64,000 bases of DNA from Octopus vulgaris (Eukaryota): positions 115,382,001-115,446,000 of the forward strand of contig OX597815.1 of assembly GCA_951406725.2 (NCBI GenBank), written 5' to 3'. The position numbers and the translations under genes were made by a program. The notes under the pieces were generated by a model, which did not search any database, was not told the DNA's origin, and saw only the letters and a list, made by a program, of their open reading frames with translations. Below are positions 13,133 through 26,517 of the stretch, one piece after another; positions within the stretch are counted from its first letter, which is position 1, and every line of letters starts with the position of its first letter.

Positions 13133-13755
13133 ATGTGTGTGTGTGTGCATGCACGTGTGTGTGTGTGTGTTTGCCTCTCACTACTTGGCATCTAGTGTTG
13201 GTTTGACTGTATCTTTGTTATTTAGAGGTGTGGAAGAAAAAGACTGCTGAAATAGATACCAGATTTTAAAATAGGTACTGGAGTCAATGTGGTTGTCTAA
13301 ACACTCCAAAGTGGTGTTCCAGCATTGCTGCAGTCTTATGACTACAAAAAGCAAAACAATAGAAGAATCATTGAAATATTTGAAAAATGTAGAAAATGTT
13401 GTGTGATAACTGGTATTAATAAGCATCACTTAATTCATCATCAACTTCATCAACATTTAACGTCCATTTTCCATGTTGGCATGGGTTGGATGGCTTGACA
13501 GGAACCAGCAAGGCCAGGGGTTACATCAGCTTCCATTGTCGGTTTTGGTTTGGTTTCTACAGCTGGATGCCCTTCCTAACACCAACCACTTTACATTTGT
13601 TGATACCTTTGTTTACCTACCAATGCATTGTTTCACTTTAAGGATGCTTATTTACCCATCCATTATATTTCGAATGTTGTCCATTGTTTCAAATACATTT
13701 TAGCATTGTTGTTCTAGCCTTTTTTAAACAATCACATATGATTCATTCTGAAGAA

Positions 13756-14025
13756 TCAACATTTAAATAAGTGCTTTGCTTCCACTAGCAACAGCTATAT
13801 GTATCTTTCAGAAAGCTCTATACCAATTTAACTTTATGCAGCATTTGCTGTTAGTTTATGTAGGCTAACTCCCTTTGCTGTTGCAAAAAATAAACTTGCA
13901 GAGGGGAAGTTTCAACGTCTTCCTTCAATTCTGACAATAAATTTTGCTTTCATGTAAAATGACTATATTTTGTAGTGATTATCCTTAATCTACTCCCAAA
14001 ACACTTCAGTAGCTTTACTTTACAT
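13756..14025. repeat. Dispersed repeat, copy 2 of 1-338
   Basis: Aligns by eye to 1-338 with an internal deletion of about 50 nt. Confidence 0.85.
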
Positions 14026-14516
14026 TGCTTGCAAACTTATATATTCTATGATCATTAAAGTGCAATGAATATTCTATGATCAATTAAGTGCAATGAACTC
14101 CACGATTACCTGTTTTCAATTTGATTTTCCGTTCCTAGGTTGATAGAAAACATAGATTGCTGTGCTACTCATAAACCTTCCCAGTAGTTCAATTATTTGG
14201 TGAAAAAAATACCACCAAAGCAACTTAAATCATCCAAAGGATGGGGTGCGCTTGCTTTAGTATTATATAAAACAGACCCAACTGTATTTCTGTCTAGTAT
14301 GCAATACATTACTTAAAGGTATTTTCCTTAACCATATTGTAGACTGTTATTTACTTTTGCATGGCAGTATGGTCAAGAAGCACACTTTGCAACCATGTGG
14401 TTTTGAGTTCAGTTACATTATGTGGATCCTTGAGCAGGTGTGTTCTATTAAAGCTCTTGGCTGACCAATGCCTAATAAATGAATTTGGTAGACAGAAACA
14501 GTATAGAAACCATTGT

Positions 14517-14593
14517 TTGTATGTATGTATGTATGTATGTATGTATGTATGTATGTATGTATGTATGTATGTATGTATGTATGTATGTATGTA

Positions 14594-14682
<89 letters not shown>
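14517..14682. repeat. Compound (ATGT)n(GT)n microsatellite
   Basis: Seen directly. Similar tracts at 13068-13170, 33881-33945, 37671-37736, 45560-45752 and 46741-47040. Confidence 0.98.
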
Positions 14683-14684
<2 letters not shown>

Positions 14685-16179
14685 ACTTTTTACTCACTTC
14701 AACCATGTGATCATGCTGGAGCACCACTATGGTCTTTCTGATTTTCTCAATCTGGTGTGTTTCACATCACCACTCCTGTATGTACTTTTGTCCCAGCTGT
14801 TAGTCCATTTGGTGTATAAGGGAGTTTGATTCCACTGATCTCATCTGCACCTCATGTTGGGTTGTTGATTCATCTGGTATTGTGGAGAGGAGGAAGACAT
14901 CTACTTCCACTTTATGCAGATTTCTTAATTTTTGTGGCACGAAATTGAAAAGTTGTGGGCCTTTGAACCCTAGACTATTGCAGTACTTTGTCCTGAATTT
15001 AGATAGAATGGATGGTACCTCTGGTACAAGACAATGACGGCCAGTTCTGGCATCTGTATAACACTCAAATACATGTATGTATGTATGTATGTATGTGTGT
15101 GTGTGTGTATGTATGTGTGTGTGTGTATTTGTCCCCTCCCCCTTCTATCACTTGACAACTGGTGTTGATGATTATTTACAGATTGGGATCAATTTGTTTG
15201 ACTTAACCTTTCAAGGAATTGCCCCAGCTAGCCACAGTCCCACAACTGAAATATTGTAAAGATAAAAGAAAAGATCTAAATAAAAGATCATTTTGGACTG
15301 CTTTCTTTCATTCTTCGAAATCTGTTATTTGGCAACATGTATATCTAGCCATCTTTTGTTCCAGCTGAACAATAACAAAATTAACTGACTGGAGATATGA
15401 ACAAAATTAGTTTTTAGCAATAGAACTGTGCTGGGATTAAATAGATCAATGTAATTGAATGAGATCAGCATAATCCAAATTCTTAGGGCAAATGACAGAT
15501 GATTGATTCTTGAATTCTCTTTTTGCACTCCCTGAATAGACTTAGGATCAAATTATTAACAAAACCATTATTGACAAAACCATTACTGCTAAAATTAGAA
15601 TAAATTCTTTTGTATTCAAGATGTAGCAGTTTTTACTTTTTCATCAGTCAAAATTCATAATAATTTTTTTAATCCTTTGTCTAATTGTGCTGAGATGTGA
15701 ACCAAACATTTTGCAGTGACATATCTAACTTCTTATGGTTGTTCTCATCGTAACAAAAATTTAATAGTTTTGGGCTTGATGAAATGAGTACAAAAAGCCA
15801 GTTGCAATGTAGTCAGGCCAGATTAATTGATGGCTCTCTCTCCCCCTCTGTCTTTTGTTAACTAAGAAAAAAGAATTATGATATGCCAACAAATATACAT
15901 TTTTATATGCTTACATAGCAATTTGATCACAAACACTTCAGTAAGTTACAGTGAATCTGCACTTTGCTGTTTACTTACCAATAATGCAAAACATGTTTGG
16001 ATTTGTTTTTCATACTCATTGATGATACAATAATGTTTATTGTCCAAGTAATATAACGTTTCTTTTATCACATAACTGGTTTACTTTTTTTAAACATTAT
16101 AAGCATTAGATAAGCTTTTGTGTATTAACTGTCAATAATCTTGTGGATGGCATTTTATTTATTGCTGTATGTTTATTTA

Positions 16180-16900
16180 GTGATTCAAGTAACAGTGAGT
16201 TTGCATCTTACTGACAAGCTCTGACAGACTAAACCATGTTCTAAGTTGTCTTCTGCATATTTAAAAAAAGGAAAATTGGGTCTCGATGGAAGAGCTGTAC
16301 ACATGGCTTTTACAAGATCTCTGAAACTGGTGAGATTAACAGAGTTTGAATTCTTCTTGAACTGTTGCAAGTCAACAGCTGCAGGAAGAACATGTACAGG
16401 GAGGAATTCAAGGAAGCCAATGAGCTGAAAAGCGTGGAGTGGAGAATAGGGTGTTGGGTAAACACAATGCAAATGATGAGAGAAGAAGAGAAGAGTAAGT
16501 TGGGAGTATTTGAGTAGAGGTAGCTTGAGAGTAGTCAGGTCTGAGGAGCAGAAGACAGTGTAGTGATAGTAGAAAAGGCAGACATAGGAGATAGCACATC
16601 TGTGGGCCATAGGTTGGTGTGTGTTAGTGAGTGACTTCATGTTAATCAGTCTAGTGGCCTTTCTTTGGATGCAATCTAAGATGCTTGAGTGGGTAGCAGC
16701 TACACCATGGAAGAGGTAGGGTCAGTGTCCATTGCAGGTCTCATCTAAACTTAACAGCAGATTAGTTGTTGAGGGCTGAAATATTTCCTGACCCTGAAGT
16801 GGCAGACTAATCTTTCCAGATGCAGTTTTTACACTGTTGAAGATGTGTGTTTGCAGGACAAATGCTCAGTGATGGCTGAGAACATGTAGTTTCCTTGAGT
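16180..16900 (-). mobile_element. Degenerate L2/CR1-group LINE 3' fragment
   Basis: LPVHVLPAAVDLQQFKK C-terminal motif. Related decayed copies at about 22600-23480, 32600-33230 (YKAQMGPTIEYCSHIW..LDCIQ) and 38710-38985. Confidence 0.65.
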
Positions 16901-17529
16901 GTTTTAATTGTGTACTGTTTGATGTGCAATTGAAAATCACTTTGATCGGTATGCTATATGTGGCATACAACTGTGATCCAATTGCTCCAACCCATCCAAT
17001 TGCTCAGATTGCATGCAAATGACTACTTTCATACATTATCATTAATCCTTGTAAACAACTTCCTCTATTATCAAGGTACTGCATGTAATACTAGTCTATA
17101 GAGAAAGCGCTGAAAGCTAACTTGGTCTTACTTTTATTAAAGAATTATTATTTCAAGCTGTTTTTGGGTTTCAGTTCATTTTTAGAATAATTTTTAATCT
17201 TTTTGAATTAGCAACAAAGAATTCCCTGCTTTGAATTATGTATATTGTAGTAAAGGATTTCCAGAACACTGGGTACTATACTGTTTTCTTGATATGTGTA
17301 GTGAATGTGTTTTTGTATCTATTGAAGGAAAGAAGACTGACATTACCCAGTTGGAGGATGTTTTTGAAGTTGCGTATATGATGAAAAAATAATTTTGGTC
17401 TATAAATAATGTTCCTTTTTGTGTATAACTTGTTTTTTACATTGAGACTTTTTTATTCTAAGCATTAAACATGATTTCACCTACTTAACTATTGTTTCTT
17501 CATGATATTTTTTTATTTCTATTTTTCAG

Positions 17530-19766
17530 TCGTTTGAACGTGTGGTGGTACAAAATATTCTCCATGGTTTATCACCAAGTTTGTGTGAAGCTATACACAG
17601 TGTATCAAGGTGGAAGGTCATTCAGACAGCTTTTCCTCATGTGTTACATGCATGTGCTGCTCTTCTCGCAGAAAGAAAGCAAAGAGATGCTATTGCAAAG
17701 TTTACCAACTGTGAAACAAAATTACTCTATACATTACATTGGATTCTTTTAGATGCAGCATCAGAATGTGAAGACAATTGGGCAGAAATGAATCAGGGAG
17801 CTCCAAGTGGTCGTACTTACATGCATGCACTTGGTACCATTCAACTTTTTGTGTACTTACTAGCACCACTAGTACACACCTTATCTGAAACAGATTTTCA
17901 GAGTTTGAAATTGGAGAATGGATTAAGAATATGGCAGCCTTTGATAGAACATTACCTCCCTGATGTACCTTGTTTCTCATCCCTTGTCAAGCCTCAACGC
18001 AACATCTTGAAAGCTCATCGTAGCAATACAAAACATAACACTAATGCTGCCAACATATACATTGGTAAAGGTTGCTCTGAGCAGAATCTTTATCATGGTG
18101 TTGAACTTTGTATTGATGAAAAAGAAGACTCAAACGTTTTCAGTGGTAATGAGCCTACATCTCCATTAGCACCTCTTGCACATATGAGTGACATCTGTGC
18201 TTTGTCAAGCTCTGACAGCCAATCTGCCACAGTTGATGTTGTCTGTGAATATTGCAATTCTGTTGTGCCTGTTCGTTCAAGTAAAAATGGTACGTGTAAA
18301 TGTAGAGGGAAAAACAGTAGCATCAAGTTTTCTTTTGATTCAAAGCTTTCTGTTTTGCCTAAGGTACCTGAAACCCCACCAGATAAAGATTATTTAAATC
18401 AGAAATTGACAAGTGCTGATACTACTTGTTCAAAAAGCTCTAGTTCTACATCTCCTGATGTTTTGTCTGCTTGCTATTTTGATATTGCAGTACTTAGGTG
18501 TTTATTTTGCCTACATTGGCCTGAAGATGGTATTTATTGGGCTTTAAAGTATATTCATCGTCGACTTTTAGAGATATGTGATGAATATGTTAGAATGGGA
18601 CATTCAGAACGTGAACGAAGCAAGTCTCTACCAATTCCGAGTATTCAAGTGCTACAAATGTATTCTGCCATGCCCTATCCCTCTATGAATGTGCAGGATT
18701 CTGTATATTCTCCCTGTACTCCACGGCGCAAGTCTTATAATACATCCAACCAAAATCTTTCATCCACAAATCTTTCTCAAGCACCCACCACACATAAAGA
18801 ACCACCCCATAAACGCATTAGAGTAACTGAACTAAAACAGTTGTTTGATTCTTCACGCAACAAGAAATACACTACCGAACCAGAAGAAAATGAATTACAT
18901 TCTCTAAGAAGCAGACGTGCTGAACCTTCAAACATTTCTCTCAAATCTCTCAAAGCAGATTCTTCAAGTTCTTGTACTTTATCAACATTAGACACCGATT
19001 CTGATTTTCCTCGACCAAATTCAGCATTTGCCAATTACCTTGATGTCAAGAAAGATAGCAAGTCAGATGATATATTTTCTGATCCAGCCCGTCGTAAAAG
19101 CATGCCCTCTCTACATCAGTCAGATAAGGATTCACTGGCTGGGACTAATCAGTTAAGCAATCAAGCCTCTCCTTGTTCTGGTAGGGTCGATTCAATGCCT
19201 GTTGGATTAAATCTTAAATCCAACCAACAGCCAAGTCAACGAGAACATCTTTTACATCCTATAATAACCATCACAGAACATAGTCCTTGTGATGCAACAT
19301 CTCTGGCTGCTCCATCTCAATCTCCTAACTTATCTGACAGACAGCGTCGAGGCAGCAATGAATCCAGAAGACAAGTCCAAGACTTCAGCTCAGTAACAAC
19401 ACTGAACATGGCACGCAGCATGACTGATTCTAATATTGCATATTCTACTGAAGATGATATTCAGGAAGCTTCAGGATCTGTTTATTATATCCAAGACAAT
19501 GGCCAATTTAATTATGGCATCATTCTAAAGGCAGTACATTTTGTGTCCATGAATGAACACAGCCCAAGAATATGTGAAGTGTTGTTGAATATTTTAAATT
19601 CACTTCTGGATCTAGATATTATAGATATGAAAAGGTTTGAGTCAGAAGCTTCCAAATCAGATTCTACTGGTGTTATTGATGAAAATGCTAAGAAATCAGA
19701 AGACAAAAAAGAAACAAATAAAAACGAAGAAACTACTTACTGTATTGCTATGGATAGTATTGTCAG
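17530..19766 (+). CDS. unc80: unc80 coding exon A (2237 nt, phase 0 to 2), N-terminal region
   Basis: Acceptor atttttcag|TCG and donor GTCAG|gtagga. Translation SFERVVVQNILHGLSPSLCEAI..SRWKVIQTAFPHVLH..ETKLLYTLHWILLDA, YFDIAVLRCL, RSMTDSNIAY and ILKAVHFV..RICEVLLNILNSLL match UNC80 motifs as I recall them. Confidence 0.95.
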
Positions 19767-19929
19767 GTAGGAATTTTAAACTACTTTTTGTGTTATTATT
19801 TCTTTGTTTTTATTCATGTATTTTTTAATCTAAATCTTGCATAATATAAGTCTCTTGACTGCTCAGCTGCTGAAAAACTGGGATAAGCACTGGTAGCTGG
19901 TAACGTTAATGTCAAGGTTTTCTAGGTAG

Positions 19930-20090
19930 AAAATTGTTACTGAAGGGATTTTCAGGAAGATGTCTATGTAAATATTTGCATTCTCTATAAGTTCCATGTC
20001 TGCATTTTCCTCACTTGGTGCTCATGAAAGCATATGTGCCATCTACAAGCTTTTTCCAGAAACATAAGATGCTCTTTGAAATATCTCATC
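19930..20090 (-). mobile_element. Possible decayed Penelope-like RT fragment
   Basis: Minus-strand FWKKLVDGTYAF (cf. WxRYVDDTF) followed by MELIENANIYIDIFL (cf. TMExExxxxLPFLD). Confidence 0.3.
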
Positions 20091-20920
20091 CATCTCATTC
20101 TGAAATGTTGAATCCTCGGGAGTAAAGCATACAAAGTTTAAGTTCCTGGGAGACTTAGCAGTGATTAGTGAATTATCTCTAACTTAAGGTATTGGTCGAT
20201 ATATACATATTTGTTAGACACACGTATATACATATTTGTATACATTCTAAAAGATAGAGAGAGAGAGAGAGGCTATCTAGAAGTTTGAGAACTAGAGTTA
20301 CTCTATCTTCTTAGCAACAGTAGTAACAATAACAAAGGGAATTTCTGCTAGAAAAGTAACAGCCAAATCTCCCTCAAATCACTCCGTACATTCTTTAGTT
20401 ACATATATTCAATGAGAATATTATATACTGAATTTATATTGAGTGCTCTATTGTATTAAAGTGTTAATACTATTAAAGTATTTATATATTTAAAATGAGC
20501 GATTATATAAACATATATTTTTTAATAATATATTATTATTAATATTAGGAAATCAATATCAAAGCTCCTCAGAAAGATATACACGTGTGAAAAATAATTG
20601 TTGTATTAAAGATATATAAATAAATATATATAAATATGTATAAAAATATATGTAAATATGTATAAGCATAAATATATAATGTATATGACAGTTTAAAAGT
20701 TTTGAATTAATTATTTAAAGCATCTTATGATGCTTTAAATAATTAATTTAAAACTTTATATTTAACCCTGTCCCTGAACTTGCTGGCCTTGTGCCAAAAA
20801 TTTGAAAGCAATATGTTTGGTTGTAGATGAACTAAGGCTAAACTTTAACTACAAAATAAATACACACAATGAACAATTTGAAAAATTACCATTTTGCTTT
20901 TTTTGTTTTATCTTTTCCAG

Positions 20921-21162
20921 GATATACAAGTCTCTTGGATGTCCTCAGGGTTGTGGTGATGGTGTCAGGGGTACCAGTGGTGAAAATCTTAGGCAAAGGG
21001 GACAAAATTGTTTACAAAGACTTCAAAGAGGGAATCCGTCATTGTTTCGGAAATATTTACGTGATTCTGTTCATAGACATTCAATTCAAGACAGTGTGGA
21101 TTTTATGCATTCAATACTTGGATTTTGTATTGAGTCAGGGAGTGTAGTTCAATCTCCAACTG
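20921..21162 (+). CDS. unc80: unc80 coding exon B (242 nt, phase 2 to 1)
   Basis: tcttttccag|G ... ACTG|gtgagt. Encodes RIYKSLGCPQGCGDGVRGTSGENLRQRGQNCLQRL...VDFMHSILGFC, matching the UNC80 KSLGC.YGCGEG.RG.SG..LR motif. Phase fits exon A. Confidence 0.95.
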
Positions 21163-21364
21163 GTGAGTCATTTACTTATTTATTATTACTTATTCTCATG
21201 TTTTATATTGATGTTGTTATGCAACATAAATTCAAAATGAATATGATATTTGACAGTTTGCTAACTGAACGATGATGATGATAATAATATAATAGAAGAG
21301 GAGTGAAAGTAAATGGGACAATGTATTCTTAATTTCCTTATGATAATTCTCTTAATTACTCATC

Positions 21365-22167
21365 GGTCACAGGTGTGGCTGTGTGGTTAAGAAGCTCACA
21401 TTGCAATCTCGTAGTTTAAGGTTCAGTCCCACTATGTGGCATCTTGGGTAAATGTCTTCTACTATAACCTGGGCCAGCCAATGACTTATGAGTGAATTTG
21501 GTAAGCAGTAGTGTGCATGTTTTTGTGTTGTATTTGTCCCCACAACTGCCAGACAGTCCTTGTAACTTAGAGGTTTGGTGAAAGAGACTGATAGAATAAG
21601 TACTGGACTTAGTGCTGAGTCGATTTGTCCAGCTAAATCCTTCAAAGCAGTGCCCCTGCATGGCCACATTTGAATGACAAACAAGTAGAAAATAAAATAA
21701 GATATCTAGTGATAATCTCTACTGGGTGCATTCTATCCTTATGGCTATATGGTCCTGGTATCTCTCCAGCTAAATCAAACATTGTGGATCTCAAATAGAG
21801 CAGTTTAGTTAAAGTAAAATCTGCTGTGAGCATCAGCAATTATTGTGCAGTGTTGGCTTGGTGAAGGGTCCTGGATTGACAGAAATGTGAGAGTTTCAGA
21901 AAAAATACCTTGCAATATGTGTTCCCGCTCTGTACTTACTTATTTCCTTCTAAGGTTGATTTTGCTTTTCAACCTCTCAAGATTGATAAATAAAATACCA
22001 TTCAAATACTGGCATAGCTGTATACTAAGAAGTTCACTTCCCAACCACATGGTTCTAGGTTCAATCTTATTGCAAGATACTTTGAGCAAGTGTCTTCTAC
22101 TACAACCCCAGGTTGACCACAGCCTTGTGAGTGGGTTTGGTAGACAGGAAAATGAAAGTAACCCATA

Positions 22168-22199
<32 letters not shown>

Positions 22200-23845
22200 G
22201 TGCGTGTGTGTGTTACTGTTTCCTTGCCTTGACATCATGTAAGTGTTGTAAACAAGTGACACTGTAATGCCAGTGGTAGCCTTCATTTACAGTCTTCCAT
22301 GAAACCATGTCTGGTCATGGAGAAATATTACCTTACTTGGAAACAGGTGAGGATTGGTGACAGGAAGGGTATTTGGCTGAAGAAAATCCACCTCAAAAAA
22401 ATTCCTTGCAACCCATGTGGACATGGAAAAGTGGACATTAAAATTATGCTAATGATGATGATCATATAATCAACTGTTCTCCTCACAAATTTCTGATTTT
22501 GCCAGTTTATTATTATTAATTATTCAGAGTTGAAATGTTGGTACCCATGGCTTTTACAGACCTTTGTAGACTAGTGAATTTAATGCTATTGATGTTAAAG
22601 TTGAATTTCTGTTAGGAACATGTGTGCAGAGAAGTAGGGAGTTCCAGAGAGCTGCTATTCAAGGGAGGAGCAATAGGACAAAGTGCTTTGTGTATGTTTT
22701 GAAGTATGAAACAAAGATCAATGACAAGGAGAGAAAAGGTAGATACAATGAGTGAACATTAGTTGTGATGCATACCTATCTAGTTCAGAGAAACAAAATA
22801 GTGACTCTTTATGCAGGTTTTTGTCATATATTGGTAAGTCTTTGTAAATTAGCATAGCCTGGGTGATCTGTTTTTTTATTAGATGCAGCGCAGGATGTTT
22901 GTGTGGGTGTATGTAGCAACACCATTGTTGGCATATGACCAGTAATTTTTAATATGCTGCACTTGTGATCTGAGATGGTCACCAACTGACAAGACCAAAG
23001 GTTTTTCTGGCCCCAAAGAAGTCTAACTGTTGGGATTCATTTGAGATTTTGACACCTACCATATTTACAAAAATATTTTTAAAATTATTTGTTTAGTATG
23101 GAAGAATGGCTGTGCTCATGGTTTGTACAGCCCCCCCCCCCATTCCCTGAAGCTGGTGAGATTGATGTAATTAATCATTGAAGAGTTGCAAGTTGGGAGC
23201 TGCAGATAAAACATATGCAAGGAGAGATTCCAGAGGGATGGCATTTTGGGGAGAAAGTACTGGGAATTATGGCTCAAGTAAGGCTGAGGTAAGGAAGATG
23301 ATATGGATGATGAGAGGAGAGGCAAATGAACCTGGGTACCTGATTGGAAGTAACATGAAACCAGCCAGTTCAAGGAGCAGAGGTCACTGTATATCTGTTG
23401 GTCAAAGCTTGGAGTCTGTCAGTGAGCATCTTCATGTAATTTGAATGGCCTTTCTTTGCTTGTGATCTAGGATATGTGTTTGTGTTGAGATAAGTAAGAG
23501 TTTCAGCTGGCACAGGTGTGGATGTGTAGTTAAGAAGCTTGCTTCTCAGCCACATGATCTGAGGTTTCCGTCCCACAGCATAGCATCTTCTGCAAGTGTC
23601 TTGTACTCTAGCTCCAGGTTGACCATTGACCAAAGCCTTGTGAGTGGATTTGAAAGATGGAAACTGAAAGAAGCACATAATGTGTGTGTGTACCCTTGTC
23701 TTGACATCATGTGATGATTGTAAATAAGCATTACTGCCATATAAACAATGTTTGTTTCCAGTCTTCTGTGGTGAAATATATCTTGGTTGGAAACAAATAA
23801 GGTCTGGCAACAAGAAGAACATCTGGCTGAAGAAATTCTGCCTGT
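21365..23845 (+). mobile_element. Three SINE family A-type copies (about 21365-21700, 22010-22465, 23510-23845) plus LINE debris
   Basis: Each has the tRNA-like head (ggctgtgtggttaagaag...ggttcagtccc) followed by gggcaagtgtcttctactata...gtgagtggatttggtag. Confidence 0.8.
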
Positions 23846-26074
23846 TAAAGGGTTGAAGAAAGAAATACCACCATGATCAGTTGCCATAATTTGCTGAAGC
23901 TACCAAAATCATTTATGTAATTTAAATTGTATGCATGTCAGTTTGAAGCAAGTGTAATCAAGATGGGATTTTCAAAGGCTTTTAGTTTTTAGTGTGCAGA
24001 GTGCAATAAAACACCACAAATGGAATGGAATTATATGAAGGAGTGCTCTTTACAGAACCATCCTGTTTGAAGAATTAGATTGGATTGGACTGCTCATGCT
24101 CAATCCACTGTAGGACAAGGGCTTCAGCATGTTCTCTCCACCAACCATGGTCTGGTGCAAAGGTCACGAACGTGAGCTTGTGATCACACTGGTTTGATGG
24201 ACCTACTCTGTTACACTGGCCCAACATGGTTTTGCTGAGGGATGCAGTTTTTATACTCATACCCAGGAGTGGTTAAGTTGATTACATCTATCCTAGTGCT
24301 CAGCTGGTACTTATTTTATTGATCCCAAGAGGATGACAGGTAAAGTCAACTTTGTTGGAATTTGAACTCTGAACATAAGGACGAATGAAATACTACTAAG
24401 CATTTCACCAGACATGGTAATGATTCTACCAGCTCACTGCCCTGTTTGAGGAATAGCATATTTTGCTTTCTTGAGGGTCATTTTGCAGACATTCTAGTTG
24501 TGGTTTACTTTTTTAAGGTGTTTTTCTGAATTCTTCATCTTTACAACTACAGTGTTGTTGTGTGTGAGTTATTGAAGGAGTTTGGGGGTTATAGGTTTGA
24601 TCATTTGAATGAGGAGGGACATACCATGGAGTGGAAGGCTTTAGTCAGTAAGTTAGCTCTTTCTATCACTGACTGTTGGTTTTGTTTACTTCAAAGCAGC
24701 CCTGATTGAGCAGACCTATGAACAAAAACATAGCATTTGGCACAGCTCCATATTTTGGTATGTCTAGGACTACATTGTACAGTGTGTTCCCCCTTTTTCC
24801 AAGATGGTGGTGATAAGATTGGTGGTCTGATCAGAGAGAGTTGAACTCACCATTACTAGCCAACAAAATGGTTAACAGTGTTTTTTACAGTTCTGAATCA
24901 TCCCATTCTGCTTAGGTGAACTTAGTCATTGAGTATTATTAATTGTCTTGGTAAAGGACACTGTACAGTGTCACAATACACTGGATGTCTGATCCGTGAA
25001 TGTGTTTGTAAATCAATAAATACAAGTCTTATAATCTCAATTTTTTAAGGTTTTTATCTCATCCTACTGAAACATGTAATGTCTTTCAAGTTAAGCGATT
25101 CCATATTGGTAAATTCACAATTAAAAGTTTTGTGCTTGAGAAACATTGATTTCAAAGAAACTAATATGAGTCAAACTTTCATCATATTTTATGTATTTAT
25201 ATATTTTCATTTTTACTCAATTCATGTGAAACAGATTCCATTTGTACAATCTTACAATCATGGTTGGATTCTGAATGCATTGAGAAACTGGCGTCAGGTG
25301 ACCAATTTGTAATCATAATAACAAAAAAAATCAGCACTTTGTCTTTCACCGTTTTTATAAAATTATATATCTTTATATACTTTTCATATATATATATATA
25401 TATGATTCACTGAAGAATTTAAAAATCACTCACTTAAGTATCTTCTGATATTCACCCAACATCATCTCCAGATACTGATCCTATGTCATCTGCAAGTGCA
25501 CACACCCTAAGTTGTATCTAGATACTCACTTCAAGTCACATTTAAGTACTCACCTCACATTTTTAGACACTCACCCTTAGCATTCTTCAGGTGTCCTCAC
25601 TAAAACATTCATGTATAACCTGCTGATGTTTTTTAGATAATGGGCAGTTTTTTTAGACATTGACTAAAATTAGGAAATTCAATATATGCATTCAACCATT
25701 TTATTACTTAATGTAAATAACTTTTATAGAACAACTTATTTGCTGTTGTAAGGTTTCAAATTTACCTTCTAGTCATTCATTTCTCACATTACGCTTTTGT
25801 TGTCACAGTATCTCAATAAAATATGTTATAAATAACATAATGCAGTCAAGGAAATTAACATTAGTCACTCTCATTACTTTAAATGTCACCATTAATAACA
25901 AAGATTTCTAACAAATTGTGTGGAATAGGAATAATTCATTAGTAATTTATTTTTTATTTATTCATTTAAAAATAAATATTAGTGACAGAAGCCATATTAA
26001 TGTTGAATGGCAATCTTTATATCCTGCTTACTGTGGATGTATTGTTAGAACACTGTATCACTGTGGGATTCACA

Positions 26075-26517
26075 TTGAGAGATCCTCTCATATAGACCTA
26101 CTGTACTAAAAGCATAGACACACTGTTAGCAGATATGAATCATCATCTTGCATGAGTGGCATAACTGCTACCTCATATGATTTCCGTGTACATGCACTTC
26201 ATCAGTAGCAGGCATCCACTCTAACAATACATCCATATTTAAGTAGGATATAAAGATTGCCATTTGGTCTTAAAACTGCTTCCATCACTAATTATTTTTT
26301 AAAGGACCTCCAGTTATTTGTGAAATTAGTGACTGAACAGTCACTGTTTTCATGTACGTTGTTGGCAGTAGAATTTGGCTGGCATGTTGTGAGTGAATGC
26401 CTACTGCTGATGAAACACATGCACACTGAAATCACATGATCTTGCAGTTCTGCCACCCATGATAGACGATTCTCATCTATATTTTAGCACTATACACTTA
26501 TGACAGGATCTCTCAAA
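26075..26517. mobile_element. Inverted pair of hammerhead-bearing Penelope-like terminal repeats
   Basis: Arms about 26075-26222 and 26390-26517 are diverged reverse complements; each carries CTGATGA-N14-GAAA-tcaYatga. Confidence 0.7.

Noticed and set aside
1-17529. Upstream unc80 exons (PLPIQTFLWRQ / RPKLGK motifs)
   Set aside because: Not found by eye. They probably lie upstream of the window, although a short exon could have been missed.
17542-19770. 742-aa ORF as a stand-alone single-exon gene
   Set aside because: It starts at GTG just inside a splice acceptor and its stop overlaps a donor; it is an internal unc80 exon.
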